Part shown: piece by piece, positions 28,971 through 38,627 of the stretch
Layout of the letters: each line of letters starts with the position of its first letter
Position numbering within the stretch: the stretch's first letter is position 1
Assembly (NCBI GenBank): GCA_963716395.1
Contig: OY970309.1
Coordinates: 992,001 to 1,056,000 of the forward strand
Length of the DNA stretch: 64,000 nt
Origin: an uncultured Fibrobacteria bacterium
GTDB taxonomy: Bacteria; Fibrobacterota; Fibrobacteria; UBA11236
Direction of reading: 5' to 3'
Position numbers and translations under genes: made by a program
Notes under the pieces: generated by a model
Databases searched by the model: none
Told to the model about the DNA's origin: nothing
Seen by the model: the letters and a program-made list of their open reading frames with translations, nothing else

Positions 28971-30346
28971 CAGCGGCCGTTTTGCCCCAGCGACTGCTCT
29001 CGATCGCGCAAGCCGTGCGCGGCGCCGGCGGCGAAGCCTTTATCGTGGGCGGTTGGGTGCGCGATTATTTGCTCGGCCGACCCTCGGGTGATTTTGATAT
29101 CGAGGTGCACGGCCTGTCGATGGAGTCGCTGCTGGCGCTCTTGAAGGGGTTCGGCAAACCGAATTTGGTGGGTAAAACCTTCGGGGTGGTCACCATGGCC
29201 GTTGACGGCCACAACTTCGATTTCGCCACGCCGCGCCTGGAACGCAAGACCGGCGCGGGCCACCGCGGCTTTGAGGTGCAATCCGACCCGGGTCTCGACT
29301 TCGCCCGCGCTTCGGCGCGCCGCGACTTCACGGTGAACGCCATGGGCTACAAGCTGCCGCATATGGAATTGGTGGATTGCCACGGCGGCCGCGAAGATCT
29401 GCGCCGCGGTATTCTGCGTCATGTCTCGTCGGCGTTTTCCGAAGATCCCCTGCGCGCCTTGCGCGCCTTGCAATTCGCCGCCCGCTTCGGTTTCGACATC
29501 CACCCCGCGACCCAAAAACTGTGCGCCGCACAGCCCATCCATGAATTGCCGCCGGAACGGGTATTCGGCGAAATCAAAAAACTGCTCTTGAAATCCGACC
29601 GCCCGGCGTTGGGGTTGGAATGGATGCGCCGCCTGGATCTTTTGCGCTTCTTTCCGGAACTCGCCACCCTGGTGGGCGTGCCCCAGGAACCGGATTGGCA
29701 TCCCGAGGGCGACGTGTGGACCCACACCCTTCTGACCGTGAACCAGGCCGCGCGCCTGCGCGATTCGGCCTCAGGCGAAGGCGAAAACCTGGCGCTCATG
29801 CTGGGCGCGCTGTGCCATGATTTGGGTAAGCCCGCCAGCACGGTGCGCAGTGATGGCCGCTGGCGCAGCCCGGCGCACGATGTGCGCGGCGAAGCGCCGA
29901 CGCGCGCTTTTCTGGGCCGCATGACGCGCGAGTCGGATTTGGTCGAAACCGTGGTGGCGTTCGTGCGCGAGCATCTCAAGCCGGCCCTGTTGCACAAGGC
30001 GCGTGACACTGTGAAACCGAGCGCCATCCGCCGCTTGGCCTTGCGCGTCGACATCAAAAAGCTGGTACGCGTGGCCCAGGCCGATCACCTGGGGCGCACG
30101 GCGAAAGAGGCGCTGGAGGGGGTTTTTCCGGCTGGGGATTGGCTTTTGGATCAATCCCGCCGGCTCGATGTACTGAGCCAAAAGCCCAAGCCCTTTCTCA
30201 CGGGAAAATTTCTTTTGTCGCTGGGCATGAAACCGGGACCGGAACTCGGAAATCTGATTCGCGCAAGCTTCGAATTGCAACTGGAAGGCGACCTTCCCGA
30301 CGTTGCGGCCGCCGAAGCCTGGGCGCGCACGCGCATCGGGGTTTAG
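28967..30346 (+). CDS. cca: Class II tRNA nucleotidyltransferase with HD domain (multifunctional CCA-adding enzyme)
   Basis: VGGWVRD...DFDIE, RLERKTGAGHRGF flexible loop, RRDFTVNAM, EDPLR, HPEGDVWTH...HDLGK. Confidence 0.88.
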   Translation: MTAAVLPQRLLSIAQAVRGAGGEAFIVGGWVRDYLLGRPSGDFDIEVHGLSMESLLALLKGFGKPNLVGKTFGVVTMAVDGHNFDFATPRLERKTGAGHRGFEVQSDPGLDFARASARRDFTVNAMGYKLPHMELVDCHGGREDLRRGILRHVSSAFSEDPLRALRALQFAARFGFDIHPATQKLCAAQPIHELPPERVFGEIKKLLLKSDRPALGLEWMRRLDLLRFFPELATLVGVPQEPDWHPEGDVWTHTLLTVNQAARLRDSASGEGENLALMLGALCHDLGKPASTVRSDGRWRSPAHDVRGEAPTRAFLGRMTRESDLVETVVAFVREHLKPALLHKARDTVKPSAIRRLALRVDIKKLVRVAQADHLGRTAKEALEGVFPAGDWLLDQSRRLDVLSQKPKPFLTGKFLLSLGMKPGPELGNLIRASFELQLEGDLPDVAAAEAWARTRIGV

Positions 30347-30511
30347 GGTCTATGAAAAAATACCTGCTACATTCGGCCGGCTGCGAAAGCCGCGAGCCGC
30401 GTCATTCCTCCTCGGCGTATCCCTTTACAGATACGCCTTCGTCGTCGTTCCTTGCCCGCGAACTTTCTCGCGCGGCCTCGGTGTTTGACGCATTTATTTT
30501 TTCACAGACCC

Positions 30512-30736
30512 TTAGCGCCGGAAGCGGTTCACAATCCAAAGCGCGAGACTGGCCGCGAGGCTCAGCAGCACCATGGTCGTGAGGGGAAAATACAAGCGGA
30601 AGCCCGGGCGCTCGATGCGGATGTCGCCGGGCAGATGCCCGAACCAGCCCACCCTGCCTTGCAGTAACCACAGTAGGGCTCCGGCACCCGCCAGGAACAG
30701 TCCGGAGATCACCAGAAATTTCGGCATCTCTTCCAT
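30512..30736 (-). CDS. DUF2905-family small membrane protein
   Basis: GHLPGDIRIERPGFRLYFPLTT signature between two TM helices. Confidence 0.85.
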   Translation of the reverse strand: MEEMPKFLVISGLFLAGAGALLWLLQGRVGWFGHLPGDIRIERPGFRLYFPLTTMVLLSLAASLALWIVNRFRR

Positions 30737-30839
30737 CCGCCGGCAATCTAGTTTTTGCCCGCGCCCAACGCCACACGCGCGTTACGGCGATGGGAAAGGT
30801 CTCGACGAAGTTCGGAATGACGAGAAGTGGACCCGCCCT

Positions 30840-31682
30840 TCAATATTCCAAGGAATACCTTCCCGCATAGGGGGCGAAGCGCGCGCGAAGCTTTTCCGCC
30901 GCGGCCGCGGCCGGCAAACCCTGCACCTCTTCCATGTCTCGGTTCCAGGGCAGTTTTTGCAGGCGGTCGCCCCGATCCAGGTAGCCTTGACGGTACGCCG
31001 CTTCCGGAGTCAGACCCGTCTCGGGATGGAATTCGCGGCGCAGGAAAAAAGCGTTGTTGTACTCCAACCCCGCCAAGACGTAGCCGTGCTCCGCGGCTAA
31101 GGCATGCGCCTGCGCCAGGCTTTGCCCGTAAAAGTGATCCCCTTTCCAGACATAATCTTCGCGCCACAATACCGTGAAGCGCAGCGGCGGCGGGATTTTC
31201 TCGTTAATCTCCACGCAAAGTATGGACGGGGAAAAGGCGCCGAGCACGGCTTCGAGCACGAAGTAGTCGTAGCCGTCGATGTCGAGGCTCAACACCCCGA
31301 ATTCCCGCGGCAGCTTTAGGCCTTGCAAAAGCGGCACCACATTCTTGGGCGTGACGCGCACGTGCGCCAAGGCGATGCGATCCGCGGCGCGGTGCCGCCA
31401 GGCCAGCTTGCCGAAGAGCTCGCCGTCGGCTTCGATGGCCGCGCCGCCCCACCCCAGGTCGAAAAGACCGAGTGAATTCGAATGCAGAAATCCGTCGCCA
31501 GCGCCGATGTCCACGACCTGATGGAGGTTGGGCGACAAGATCGATACCAGATGTCGCAGAATTTCCTGCTCGCCGAAATTCGAATACCGCCGCCGCCCCT
31601 CGTGGCCGGGGCGAAAGCGGCGCAATTCCCAACCGGCAGAGGCGAGCAGGCGCTTTGCGACCGAATTCCAAAATCGCGGCAT
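30840..31682 (-). CDS. FkbM-like SAM-dependent methyltransferase
   Basis: VVDIGAGDG...SNS, GWGGAAIEAD, LSLDIDGYDY, CVEIN. Confidence 0.7.
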   Translation of the reverse strand: MPRFWNSVAKRLLASAGWELRRFRPGHEGRRRYSNFGEQEILRHLVSILSPNLHQVVDIGAGDGFLHSNSLGLFDLGWGGAAIEADGELFGKLAWRHRAADRIALAHVRVTPKNVVPLLQGLKLPREFGVLSLDIDGYDYFVLEAVLGAFSPSILCVEINEKIPPPLRFTVLWREDYVWKGDHFYGQSLAQAHALAAEHGYVLAGLEYNNAFFLRREFHPETGLTPEAAYRQGYLDRGDRLQKLPWNRDMEEVQGLPAAAAAEKLRARFAPYAGRYSLEY

Positions 31683-31910
31683 GCCTTAGTGTAGCGCGTT
31701 CGCGAAGGCGGGAACAAGCGCCACGCCGGACCGGAATTCCACGACGGCCCGGCGCACCCCGCTCGGCGAACCCGGGAAAATCGCAACCCGGCAACGTCAC
31801 CCGGCAGATACCTGGAATTGAAATTTGCAACCTTAAAAAACGGCTGAATGCCGAATCTGTTTCGTCCCAACGGGGCGGGCGCGAATAAACGTGACGCAGT
31901 ATTTCAGGCC

Positions 31911-33638
31911 TTAAAATTCTTCCCTCTGGGCGTGGAGAACCGGCAGGCGCGAAGGATAAATCATCGTGCGTCCATCAACGCTGACGGCCTGAACCCGGGT
32001 CTCCGGATCGGAGAGCAACTGCGAATTCGGTTGCTTCCATTCCGTTCGAATCACCTCCGTTGTTCCCGGCACCACGAGCACCGAGAGCGTTCCCGAAAAG
32101 GAACTTTGATCGTTTCCGGCGATGGAAAACTTGAAAACCGCCAATCCGGAAAATCCCTGCGCCGGGGTAAAACGAACTTGATGGCCGTCGGACAACATCA
32201 CCGCGCTCCCTCCGGTCGAGTCGCTGACGGTAAAGACCGGTGCGGCGCCGGAAAAGCCCGCGGCGTATGGCGACAAATCGATGGTGACGGGCGCCCCCGC
32301 CGTGGTTCGGGCGTGGAAACCGCCCAGCCAGTTGAGGTAATGCTCGATGGCCGTATACCCATCCGGCAGCAGTTTCATCGCGTCATCCAGCGAGTTGTTC
32401 GACCCGGTGGCCCGTTCCCAAGCATCCGGCATGCCGTCTTGATCGCTGTCGGTTTCCGTATTGCCGCCGCGCAGGGTGCCATACCCGTTACTCCCCAAGC
32501 CGGTTTGCGTCTGGCTGGTATACAGGTTGCCATCCGGACCCGTGGTTCCGGCGGTGAACCCGGTCGCGCCCCTCCCCAAGGTTTGCACTTGGCCAAGAAT
32601 CAGCGAATCCATTTGATCCCGGGGAAAGGTTCCGGCCCAGGAAACCGTCAGGTGATAGGCCGTCTTGGCATCAAAGATCGAAGCGGAAGGCGTGGTCGAC
32701 CAGGGGGAAGCCAAAACGGTGCCCGTGCCCTGATACCAAGAAGGCGAAGTCGGGGCGCCGTTAAGAATCCCGTCGAGGTTATTGTCCTTGATATTTCCCG
32801 CAGCGTAGATGGATTGATTGCTGTCGATTTGATACCAGGTATCATCCGTTCCCAGGGAGGCGGGACCGAAGATGAAATAATTGTTGATGATGTCGTGTTG
32901 GAAATTTGTACTCGTATGCGTGGTATATCCCGCGCCGCAGTTATAGAGCAGGTTGTTCACAAAGACGTCATTGACCTTGGCCAAGGGGTTGCGATTGTGG
33001 GAGTTCGCGAAAATATTGTAGAACCAGGACCATTGGCTGTTGACCGATTCGCAATGCGCCCCGAATTGCTGACCGATGGGATCGGCAATAAGGCAATATT
33101 GAAAAGAGATATCCGTCACGGGGTAATTTTGCCAATCATCGCTGACGCCGTCGATATTGTTCCAGGGCGCGAATTCAAAGGAGCAATGATCGATCATGAT
33201 GTTCTTCGCGCGGTAAAGGCTTAAGGCGTCGTCGTCGGTGCTCGCGGTTTCGCTTCCCGGGCGAATGCGGATGGAGCGGCAGATAATGTTGGAGGAGTTG
33301 GCAAAAGAAATCTCCCCACCCCGAAAACCGATGCCTTCTCCGGGGGCGGTTTGTCCGGCAATGGTGATATTGCTTTTGACCGAGACCGCAGAGTGCAACT
33401 GGATGGTGCCGCCGACCGCGAAGACCACGATTCGATTGGCGGCGCTTACCGCGTCGCGAAAGGAACCTGCTCCGGAATCATTCAGGTTGGTGACACGGTA
33501 CACCGTACCCAAGCGGCCCCCCGTGGCTTGGGCGCCAAACCCCAAGGCGCCGGGAAAGGCGGGGATTTGTGCCAGGACGGCCGGAGCCAGTCCGATGAGG
33601 AAAAGCACAGACCCAACCTTCCATTTCAAACTTGGCAT
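31911..33638 (-). CDS. Secreted PL1-type pectate lyase with C-terminal Ig/cadherin-like domain
   Basis: Signal peptide, AFPGALGFG..TGGR, VTNLNDSGAGS, IMIDHCS, RNP, DSDQDGMPDAWE. Confidence 0.82.
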   Translation of the reverse strand: MPSLKWKVGSVLFLIGLAPAVLAQIPAFPGALGFGAQATGGRLGTVYRVTNLNDSGAGSFRDAVSAANRIVVFAVGGTIQLHSAVSVKSNITIAGQTAPGEGIGFRGGEISFANSSNIICRSIRIRPGSETASTDDDALSLYRAKNIMIDHCSFEFAPWNNIDGVSDDWQNYPVTDISFQYCLIADPIGQQFGAHCESVNSQWSWFYNIFANSHNRNPLAKVNDVFVNNLLYNCGAGYTTHTSTNFQHDIINNYFIFGPASLGTDDTWYQIDSNQSIYAAGNIKDNNLDGILNGAPTSPSWYQGTGTVLASPWSTTPSASIFDAKTAYHLTVSWAGTFPRDQMDSLILGQVQTLGRGATGFTAGTTGPDGNLYTSQTQTGLGSNGYGTLRGGNTETDSDQDGMPDAWERATGSNNSLDDAMKLLPDGYTAIEHYLNWLGGFHARTTAGAPVTIDLSPYAAGFSGAAPVFTVSDSTGGSAVMLSDGHQVRFTPAQGFSGLAVFKFSIAGNDQSSFSGTLSVLVVPGTTEVIRTEWKQPNSQLLSDPETRVQAVSVDGRTMIYPSRLPVLHAQREEF

Positions 33639-33792
33639 TTCCTCCAGAATCTATCCCAGCGGGCGGGTTTCCGGACATCAGAAAACCCAAATGGCAGCGA
33701 TTCGCCATCGTTGGGAACCCCGCCACCGGCCTTTCGACCGCACAAAAACCGAGGTAACTTTGAGACGCCCATCACTGCATTCGGGGTGTGCT

Positions 33793-34692
33793 ATGAGAAC
33801 ATTGCTGACCGCTTTGGGTCTGCTGGTTTCGACGGGATTGGCCGCCATCGATGATTCGGCCTTGGTGGCGCGTTACCAGCGTATCCAGTTCCAAAGAGGT
33901 GACGTGGTGCTCGGCCATCATCTTGCCCAGCTCTCGCTGGGAAACGCCTATACCTTCGTCAATCCGGACGATGCCGACTTCATTCTGGAAAAGTTGTGGG
34001 GTAATCCGCATCAGGAAAAAATCCTGGGGATGATTTTTCCGGCCGGGCATCAGCCCCTTGACACCGGCAGTTGGGCGGCCGTGGTGCAATACGATGAAGA
34101 CGGCCATGTCAAAGACAATGATGCCGCCTCCATTGATTACGGCCAGTTGCTGCAACAGATGCAGAAAGAAATTCAGGTCGGCAACACCGCGCGCAGCAAA
34201 AATGGCTACCCGCCCATGGAATTGCTGGGCTGGGCCGAAAAGCCGTATTACGACGCGCAGGCGAAAAAACTGTACTGGGCCAAGGCGTTGCGCTTCGGCC
34301 AGAACGTCGACACCACCCTCAATTACAATATTCGCATTCTGGGGCGCAAAGGCGTGCTCTTGCTGAACGTAGTGGCCTCGATGCGGCAATTGAACCAGGT
34401 GCGGCAAGACATGGGTGACCTGCTCGGCCGCGTGGATTTTTTGCCGGGAAACCGTTACACTGATTACAAAAAAGGGATCGATCCGCTGGCCAAATATGGG
34501 TTGGCCGCGTTGGTGGCCGGCGGAGTATTGGCCAAACTCGGATTTTTCAAACTCGCCCTGGCGGCGCTTCTGGCGGCGAAAAAATTCCTGATTCTGGCCG
34601 TATTGGCGGTCATCGCTTTTTTCAAAAAATGGTTCCGCCGGCGCTCCCCCGACGTGCGCAGACCCGACGACACCGCGAAGAAATTGGAGTGA
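33793..34692 (+). CDS. DUF2167-family membrane-anchored protein
   Basis: LWGNP, DGHVKD, GWAEKPYYD..KKLYWAK, LNYNIRILGRKG, YGLAALVAGG. Confidence 0.85.
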   Translation: MRTLLTALGLLVSTGLAAIDDSALVARYQRIQFQRGDVVLGHHLAQLSLGNAYTFVNPDDADFILEKLWGNPHQEKILGMIFPAGHQPLDTGSWAAVVQYDEDGHVKDNDAASIDYGQLLQQMQKEIQVGNTARSKNGYPPMELLGWAEKPYYDAQAKKLYWAKALRFGQNVDTTLNYNIRILGRKGVLLLNVVASMRQLNQVRQDMGDLLGRVDFLPGNRYTDYKKGIDPLAKYGLAALVAGGVLAKLGFFKLALAALLAAKKFLILAVLAVIAFFKKWFRRRSPDVRRPDDTAKKLE

Positions 34693-34713
34693 GGCGCGCG
34701 GCCAAGACCGCGA

Positions 34714-35175
34714 TCACAGCTCCAGCAAAAGTCCGCCGCGCAGCAGCACGCCCGCGCGACCGTCGGGATTGCGTTCGAATTCCGATCCCAAAAGCAGGCT
34801 CGAATGGCGACCGTTGCGGATGTCCAGCAAGCCCCCCATGCGCCATACAAATCCGGGATGGGAGAGAACGTATCCCGCTTCACCGGTCCACACCGGCATG
34901 ATGACCCGGCCCATGGGTAAGCGCACATACGCCGCTCCCAACAGGGGAACCGCGTCGGGAAAACCGGAAACGCCCTGCCCCGACTGCAATCCCAACCACA
35001 CCTGTTCGTCGAATTTGTAATAGGCGGAAAAACTGTAGCCGAAATTCGGATCGCGGAAGCCCGCATAGGACTGAGAGCCCAAGGTGGCGGTCAAGGCCAA
35101 GCCGCCGAAGGCGGACGGCGCGAACAGGAAAAACGCAGCAAGGGCGGTACAAGAAATGGTCGGAAATTTCCTCAC
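34714..35175 (-). CDS. Hypothetical exported small beta-strand-rich protein
   Basis: Signal peptide (APSAFG) followed by amphipathic strands. Confidence 0.55.
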   Translation of the reverse strand: MRKFPTISCTALAAFFLFAPSAFGGLALTATLGSQSYAGFRDPNFGYSFSAYYKFDEQVWLGLQSGQGVSGFPDAVPLLGAAYVRLPMGRVIMPVWTGEAGYVLSHPGFVWRMGGLLDIRNGRHSSLLLGSEFERNPDGRAGVLLRGGLLLEL

Positions 35176-35212
35176 ATTTCAAATTTAGTCGGGTACAATT
35201 CCCCGACCCGAA

Positions 35213-36427
35213 TTAATTCGGATATTCGCCGGCCTGAAAGCGCGATGGAGCGTGTAGCACCGACACGGCCGGTTGCAAACTACGTGCGCGTTCGACCCGG
35301 TTCCAGGCTCCCGAGTCTTTGAGGAACAAGGCTTTGAAAAAACCCAGCAGCAGGGCGGCGTTCATGGAGACGAAATAAAACGGAATCAAAAGCGCTTTGT
35401 GTTTGTTTGCGCCGCGGCTGGCGAGAAAACCCAAGGCGGCGGCGCCGTAGAACAACCCCTGTGCGGCCAGCAGCCCGGCATATACCGGCCCGGTGGCAAC
35501 CAACGCCACATTGGAAACCAGGAGGAACAACATCACCAGGGGCGCGAGCCAGCGGAGCAATTTATGCGAGAAAAAGCCGTAGGCCACCAAGGGGCGCAAA
35601 GGATTCAGCAGCCCGGCATAGCGCGGCAATTGGTTGAAATTGGCCTGACTGATGCGCACCTTGCGGTGAAATTCGCCGTAGGCATCGAGCGAGGTTTCTT
35701 CGCTGCCGATGGCCTGCGGTTCATACACCGCAGCTTTGCCGGCCTGCAGCACCCGCGTGGTAACAAAAAAGTCATCCATGACTTTGCGGTCGATGGGAAT
35801 CGGTTCAAAGAGTTCTTTGCGAATGGCGTAGATGCCGCCGTTGGCGCCGATCACGATGCCGAGACGACCTTCCAACTTTTTGATTTCCGATTCCAGGTTC
35901 CAATACATGCTTTCGCCGATCCCCAGGGAAGAGTGGCCCGCATCGTTGAGAATCAGATGCCCGCACACGCATCCCACTTCGGGGTTTTCGAAAGGCGCCA
36001 GTAATTTTTGCAACGCGTTCTTGAGCAGCATGGTATTGGCGTCGCAGAACACCACGATTTCGCCCTGGGCGCGGGGCACCAACTGGTTTAGGACGCCGGC
36101 CTTGCCCGAACGCTGCGAAAAGGCGAAGAGCTTCACGTTGGGCGCATATTTGGCCACGATGGATTCAGTGCGGTCGGTGGAGCCGTCGGAGCCGACGAGA
36201 ATTTCCAGGCGGTCGCGGGGGAATTCGAGTTCGAAGCAGTTGTGGATTTTTTCTTCGATGACTTTTTCTTCATTGTAGGCGGCAATGACCACCGAGACCT
36301 TGGGGTTGGCCGGACGTCCGCGCCGCTTCCGCAGGCCGAAGAAATAACGCAGTACCGGCAGCGAAAGCGGGTACACCACGTACGTGTGGATGAGCAGCGC
36401 CGCCGCGCCCCACAACGCCAGTTCCAT
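35213..36427 (-). CDS. Membrane glycosyltransferase family 2 (start adjusted to MELALW)
   Basis: VSVVIAAYNEE, SDGSTD, GKA, FCDAN, DDF, RKVR; C-terminal TM helices. Confidence 0.88.
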   Translation of the reverse strand: MELALWGAAALLIHTYVVYPLSLPVLRYFFGLRKRRGRPANPKVSVVIAAYNEEKVIEEKIHNCFELEFPRDRLEILVGSDGSTDRTESIVAKYAPNVKLFAFSQRSGKAGVLNQLVPRAQGEIVVFCDANTMLLKNALQKLLAPFENPEVGCVCGHLILNDAGHSSLGIGESMYWNLESEIKKLEGRLGIVIGANGGIYAIRKELFEPIPIDRKVMDDFFVTTRVLQAGKAAVYEPQAIGSEETSLDAYGEFHRKVRISQANFNQLPRYAGLLNPLRPLVAYGFFSHKLLRWLAPLVMLFLLVSNVALVATGPVYAGLLAAQGLFYGAAALGFLASRGANKHKALLIPFYFVSMNAALLLGFFKALFLKDSGAWNRVERARSLQPAVSVLHAPSRFQAGEYPN

Positions 36428-36915
36428 CAACCGGCACCCTTGATGAAATCGTCGAAACTGACCTTGCGCTCGCGCGCGCCCGACGAGATGTAGGCCAGCA
36501 GCTTCACCATCAGATCGGGCTCGGCATATGAAGAAAAGCTGCCGATGAGTTCGCCCTTGGGATTCATGAAGAGCAAGGTGGGCAAGCCTTCGACGCCCCA
36601 CATCGCGACCAGATCCTTGGCCGTCATCTTCTGGCCTTTCCACACCACGGATTCGTTGCCGTCGGCATTGAGCCGGACGCTGACAAAGCGTTGGTCGAGG
36701 GCGGTAATGACCGGCGGCGCGCGAAAGGTGACGGCATCGAGCTTCTTGCAGTACTCGCACCAATCGGCATAGACGTCGACGAAGACATACTTGCCTTCGG
36801 ATTTAGCGTCCTGAATGCCGGAGGAAAAATTTTGCCATTGAATGACGGCGGGATCTTTGGCTTGCGTCGCCACGGCGAGAACGAGAAAGAGACCGAGGGC
36901 ACCGAAAGGTTTCAT
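36427..36915 (-). CDS. Exported thioredoxin-fold protein (SoxW-like)
   Basis: Signal peptide, YADWCEYCKKLD, cis-Pro motif GLPT. Confidence 0.82.
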   Translation of the reverse strand: MKPFGALGLFLVLAVATQAKDPAVIQWQNFSSGIQDAKSEGKYVFVDVYADWCEYCKKLDAVTFRAPPVITALDQRFVSVRLNADGNESVVWKGQKMTAKDLVAMWGVEGLPTLLFMNPKGELIGSFSSYAEPDLMVKLLAYISSGARERKVSFDDFIKGAG

Positions 36916-36918
36916 GGC

Positions 36919-37248
36919 TTACATCGCCGCGCTGAGCTTTTCCACGATCTTGCTTTTGGGATAGGCGCCCACGAGTTGCTGCACCACCGCGCCGTTTTTG
37001 AAGTACATCAGGGTGGGAATGCTGCGGATACCGTAACGGCTCGCGATATCGGGAGCATCGTCGGTATTGAGTTTTCCGACCTTGACCTTGCCGTTATAGT
37101 CTTTCGCCACCTCTTCCACGATGGGCGACACAACTTTGCAAGGGCCGCACCATGGGGCCCAGAAATCCACCAATACGGTTCCCGCAAACTGGGAAACCTC
37201 TTTTTCGAAATTCTCGCTGTCGAGTTGCACTACGAATTCACCGGCCAT
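36919..37248 (-). CDS. trxA: Thioredoxin
   Basis: DFWAPWCGPCK, IRSIPT. Confidence 0.95.
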   Translation of the reverse strand: MAGEFVVQLDSENFEKEVSQFAGTVLVDFWAPWCGPCKVVSPIVEEVAKDYNGKVKVGKLNTDDAPDIASRYGIRSIPTLMYFKNGAVVQQLVGAYPKSKIVEKLSAAM

Positions 37249-37585
37249 GGGATTCTCCTTTTTGATCTTGCTGCAAGGCGTTGATGCGGTGGACCACGCT
37301 TTCTTGGAATGACTTCCAAGCTTCGGGGTGATCCGCCAATTGCACGAAATGTTCGTGAAACTGCGCCGGCGTCATTTTGTTTTGCGCCAATATCACCCTG
37401 CGGACCTCATTTGCCTTGCCGGGATCCCCGATTGACGCCACTGATGCCAGTTTGAGTTCAGCATACAAATCTACAAACTTGGCATCCGGCTGATAGCGCC
37501 CCTCATGGCAAGCCCCAAGCACCATCACCGCCCCTGAAAGCAAGGCTGCCTTGAGTATACTAGCGCGGGAATCCCTGGCTGTCAA
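37238..37585 (-). CDS. Hypothetical lipoprotein (DUF4296-like)
   Basis: AAGGAGG then TTG start, lipobox LGAC, helical body. Confidence 0.6.
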   Translation of the reverse strand: MTARDSRASILKAALLSGAVMVLGACHEGRYQPDAKFVDLYAELKLASVASIGDPGKANEVRRVILAQNKMTPAQFHEHFVQLADHPEAWKSFQESVVHRINALQQDQKGESHGR

Positions 37586-37687
37586 TTCATCCCTCCTTGT
37601 TCGCAAAATTATGCGCGGCGCGAAACCTAAACGTCTCCAACACGTCCTTTGTTTGTCATGATTGCGTAAGAGAAAACCCCGATTGCG

Positions 37688-38590
37688 TCACAATCCGAAC
37701 AGACCGCGCGCATACGCCTGCCGGTCGAAGGGAACCAAATCGTCGAGTCCTTCGCCTACTCCCACCCAGCGTACGGGGCGGCCGAAGGCGCGGGCGAGTT
37801 CGAGTACGGCACCGCCTTTGGCCGTACCGTCGAGCTTGGTGACGATCAATCCGGTCAACGGCAACGCCGCATCGAAGCCCTTGAATTGGGGCAGGGCGTT
37901 CTGGCCGGTATTGCCGTCGACCACCAGCCAGACGTCATGCGGCAAAGCCGGATCATGTTTGCGCAGCACGCGCGCCAGCTTGCGTAATTCCTCCATGAGA
38001 TTGTCTTTGGTGTGCAAACGTCCGGCGGTGTCGATGAGGAGATAATCCATGTTCCGCGCTTTGGCGGCGGCATAGGCGTCGTAGGCCACCGAAGCGGCAT
38101 CAGCGCCTTCCTGATGCTTGACGATCTCGACCCCGGCGCGTTGGGCCCAGGCGTCGAGTTGCGAAATGGCGCCGGCGCGAAAGGTGTCGCAGGCGGCCAG
38201 CAGCACCCGCTCTCCCCGGCCTGCGAAGTGATGCGCGACCTTGGCCACCGAGGTGGTCTTGCCCGCGCCGTTGACGCCCACAAAGGCGATGACGCGTGGA
38301 GGCGCCACCGCCGCATCCTCGGCCGCGTCAGGAAACAGCGCCGCCGCTTCTTCGGCCATGGCGTCGAGCAATTGCGCTTCATCGATTTCTCGGCCGCGCA
38401 CGCGGGTGCGGACGCCGGCGAGAATGCCATGCGCCGTCTCCCACCCGATGTCGGCGGCTAGGAGCTTTTCTTCCAGAGCCTCGACCACGTCGTCGGTGAG
38501 CTTGCCCTTGCCGAACACGGCCGCGATTTCGCGCGCCATCGACTGGCGGCTGCGCGTCAGGCCTTGGCGGATTTTATCGATCCAACCCAT
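37688..38590 (-). CDS. ftsY: SRP receptor FtsY (short form, no acidic domain)
   Basis: GVNGAGKTT, DTFRAGA, DTAGR, TKLDGTAKGG. Confidence 0.97.
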   Translation of the reverse strand: MGWIDKIRQGLTRSRQSMAREIAAVFGKGKLTDDVVEALEEKLLAADIGWETAHGILAGVRTRVRGREIDEAQLLDAMAEEAAALFPDAAEDAAVAPPRVIAFVGVNGAGKTTSVAKVAHHFAGRGERVLLAACDTFRAGAISQLDAWAQRAGVEIVKHQEGADAASVAYDAYAAAKARNMDYLLIDTAGRLHTKDNLMEELRKLARVLRKHDPALPHDVWLVVDGNTGQNALPQFKGFDAALPLTGLIVTKLDGTAKGGAVLELARAFGRPVRWVGVGEGLDDLVPFDRQAYARGLFGL

Positions 38591-38627
38591 GGGCGCGGGA
38601 ATATAGCACCCGCGGATAAAGCGCGGC

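Noticed and set aside
37582-37598. Second apparent minigene AAGGAGGG-ATG AAT TGA
   Set aside because: The ATG is only 1 nt from the SD; the SD is correctly spaced for the overlapping TTG start of the lipoprotein.
37660-37695. Direct repeat GATTGCGT twice at 21-bp spacing
   Set aside because: Only two 8-mers, one overlapping the ftsY stop; not enough to call an operator.
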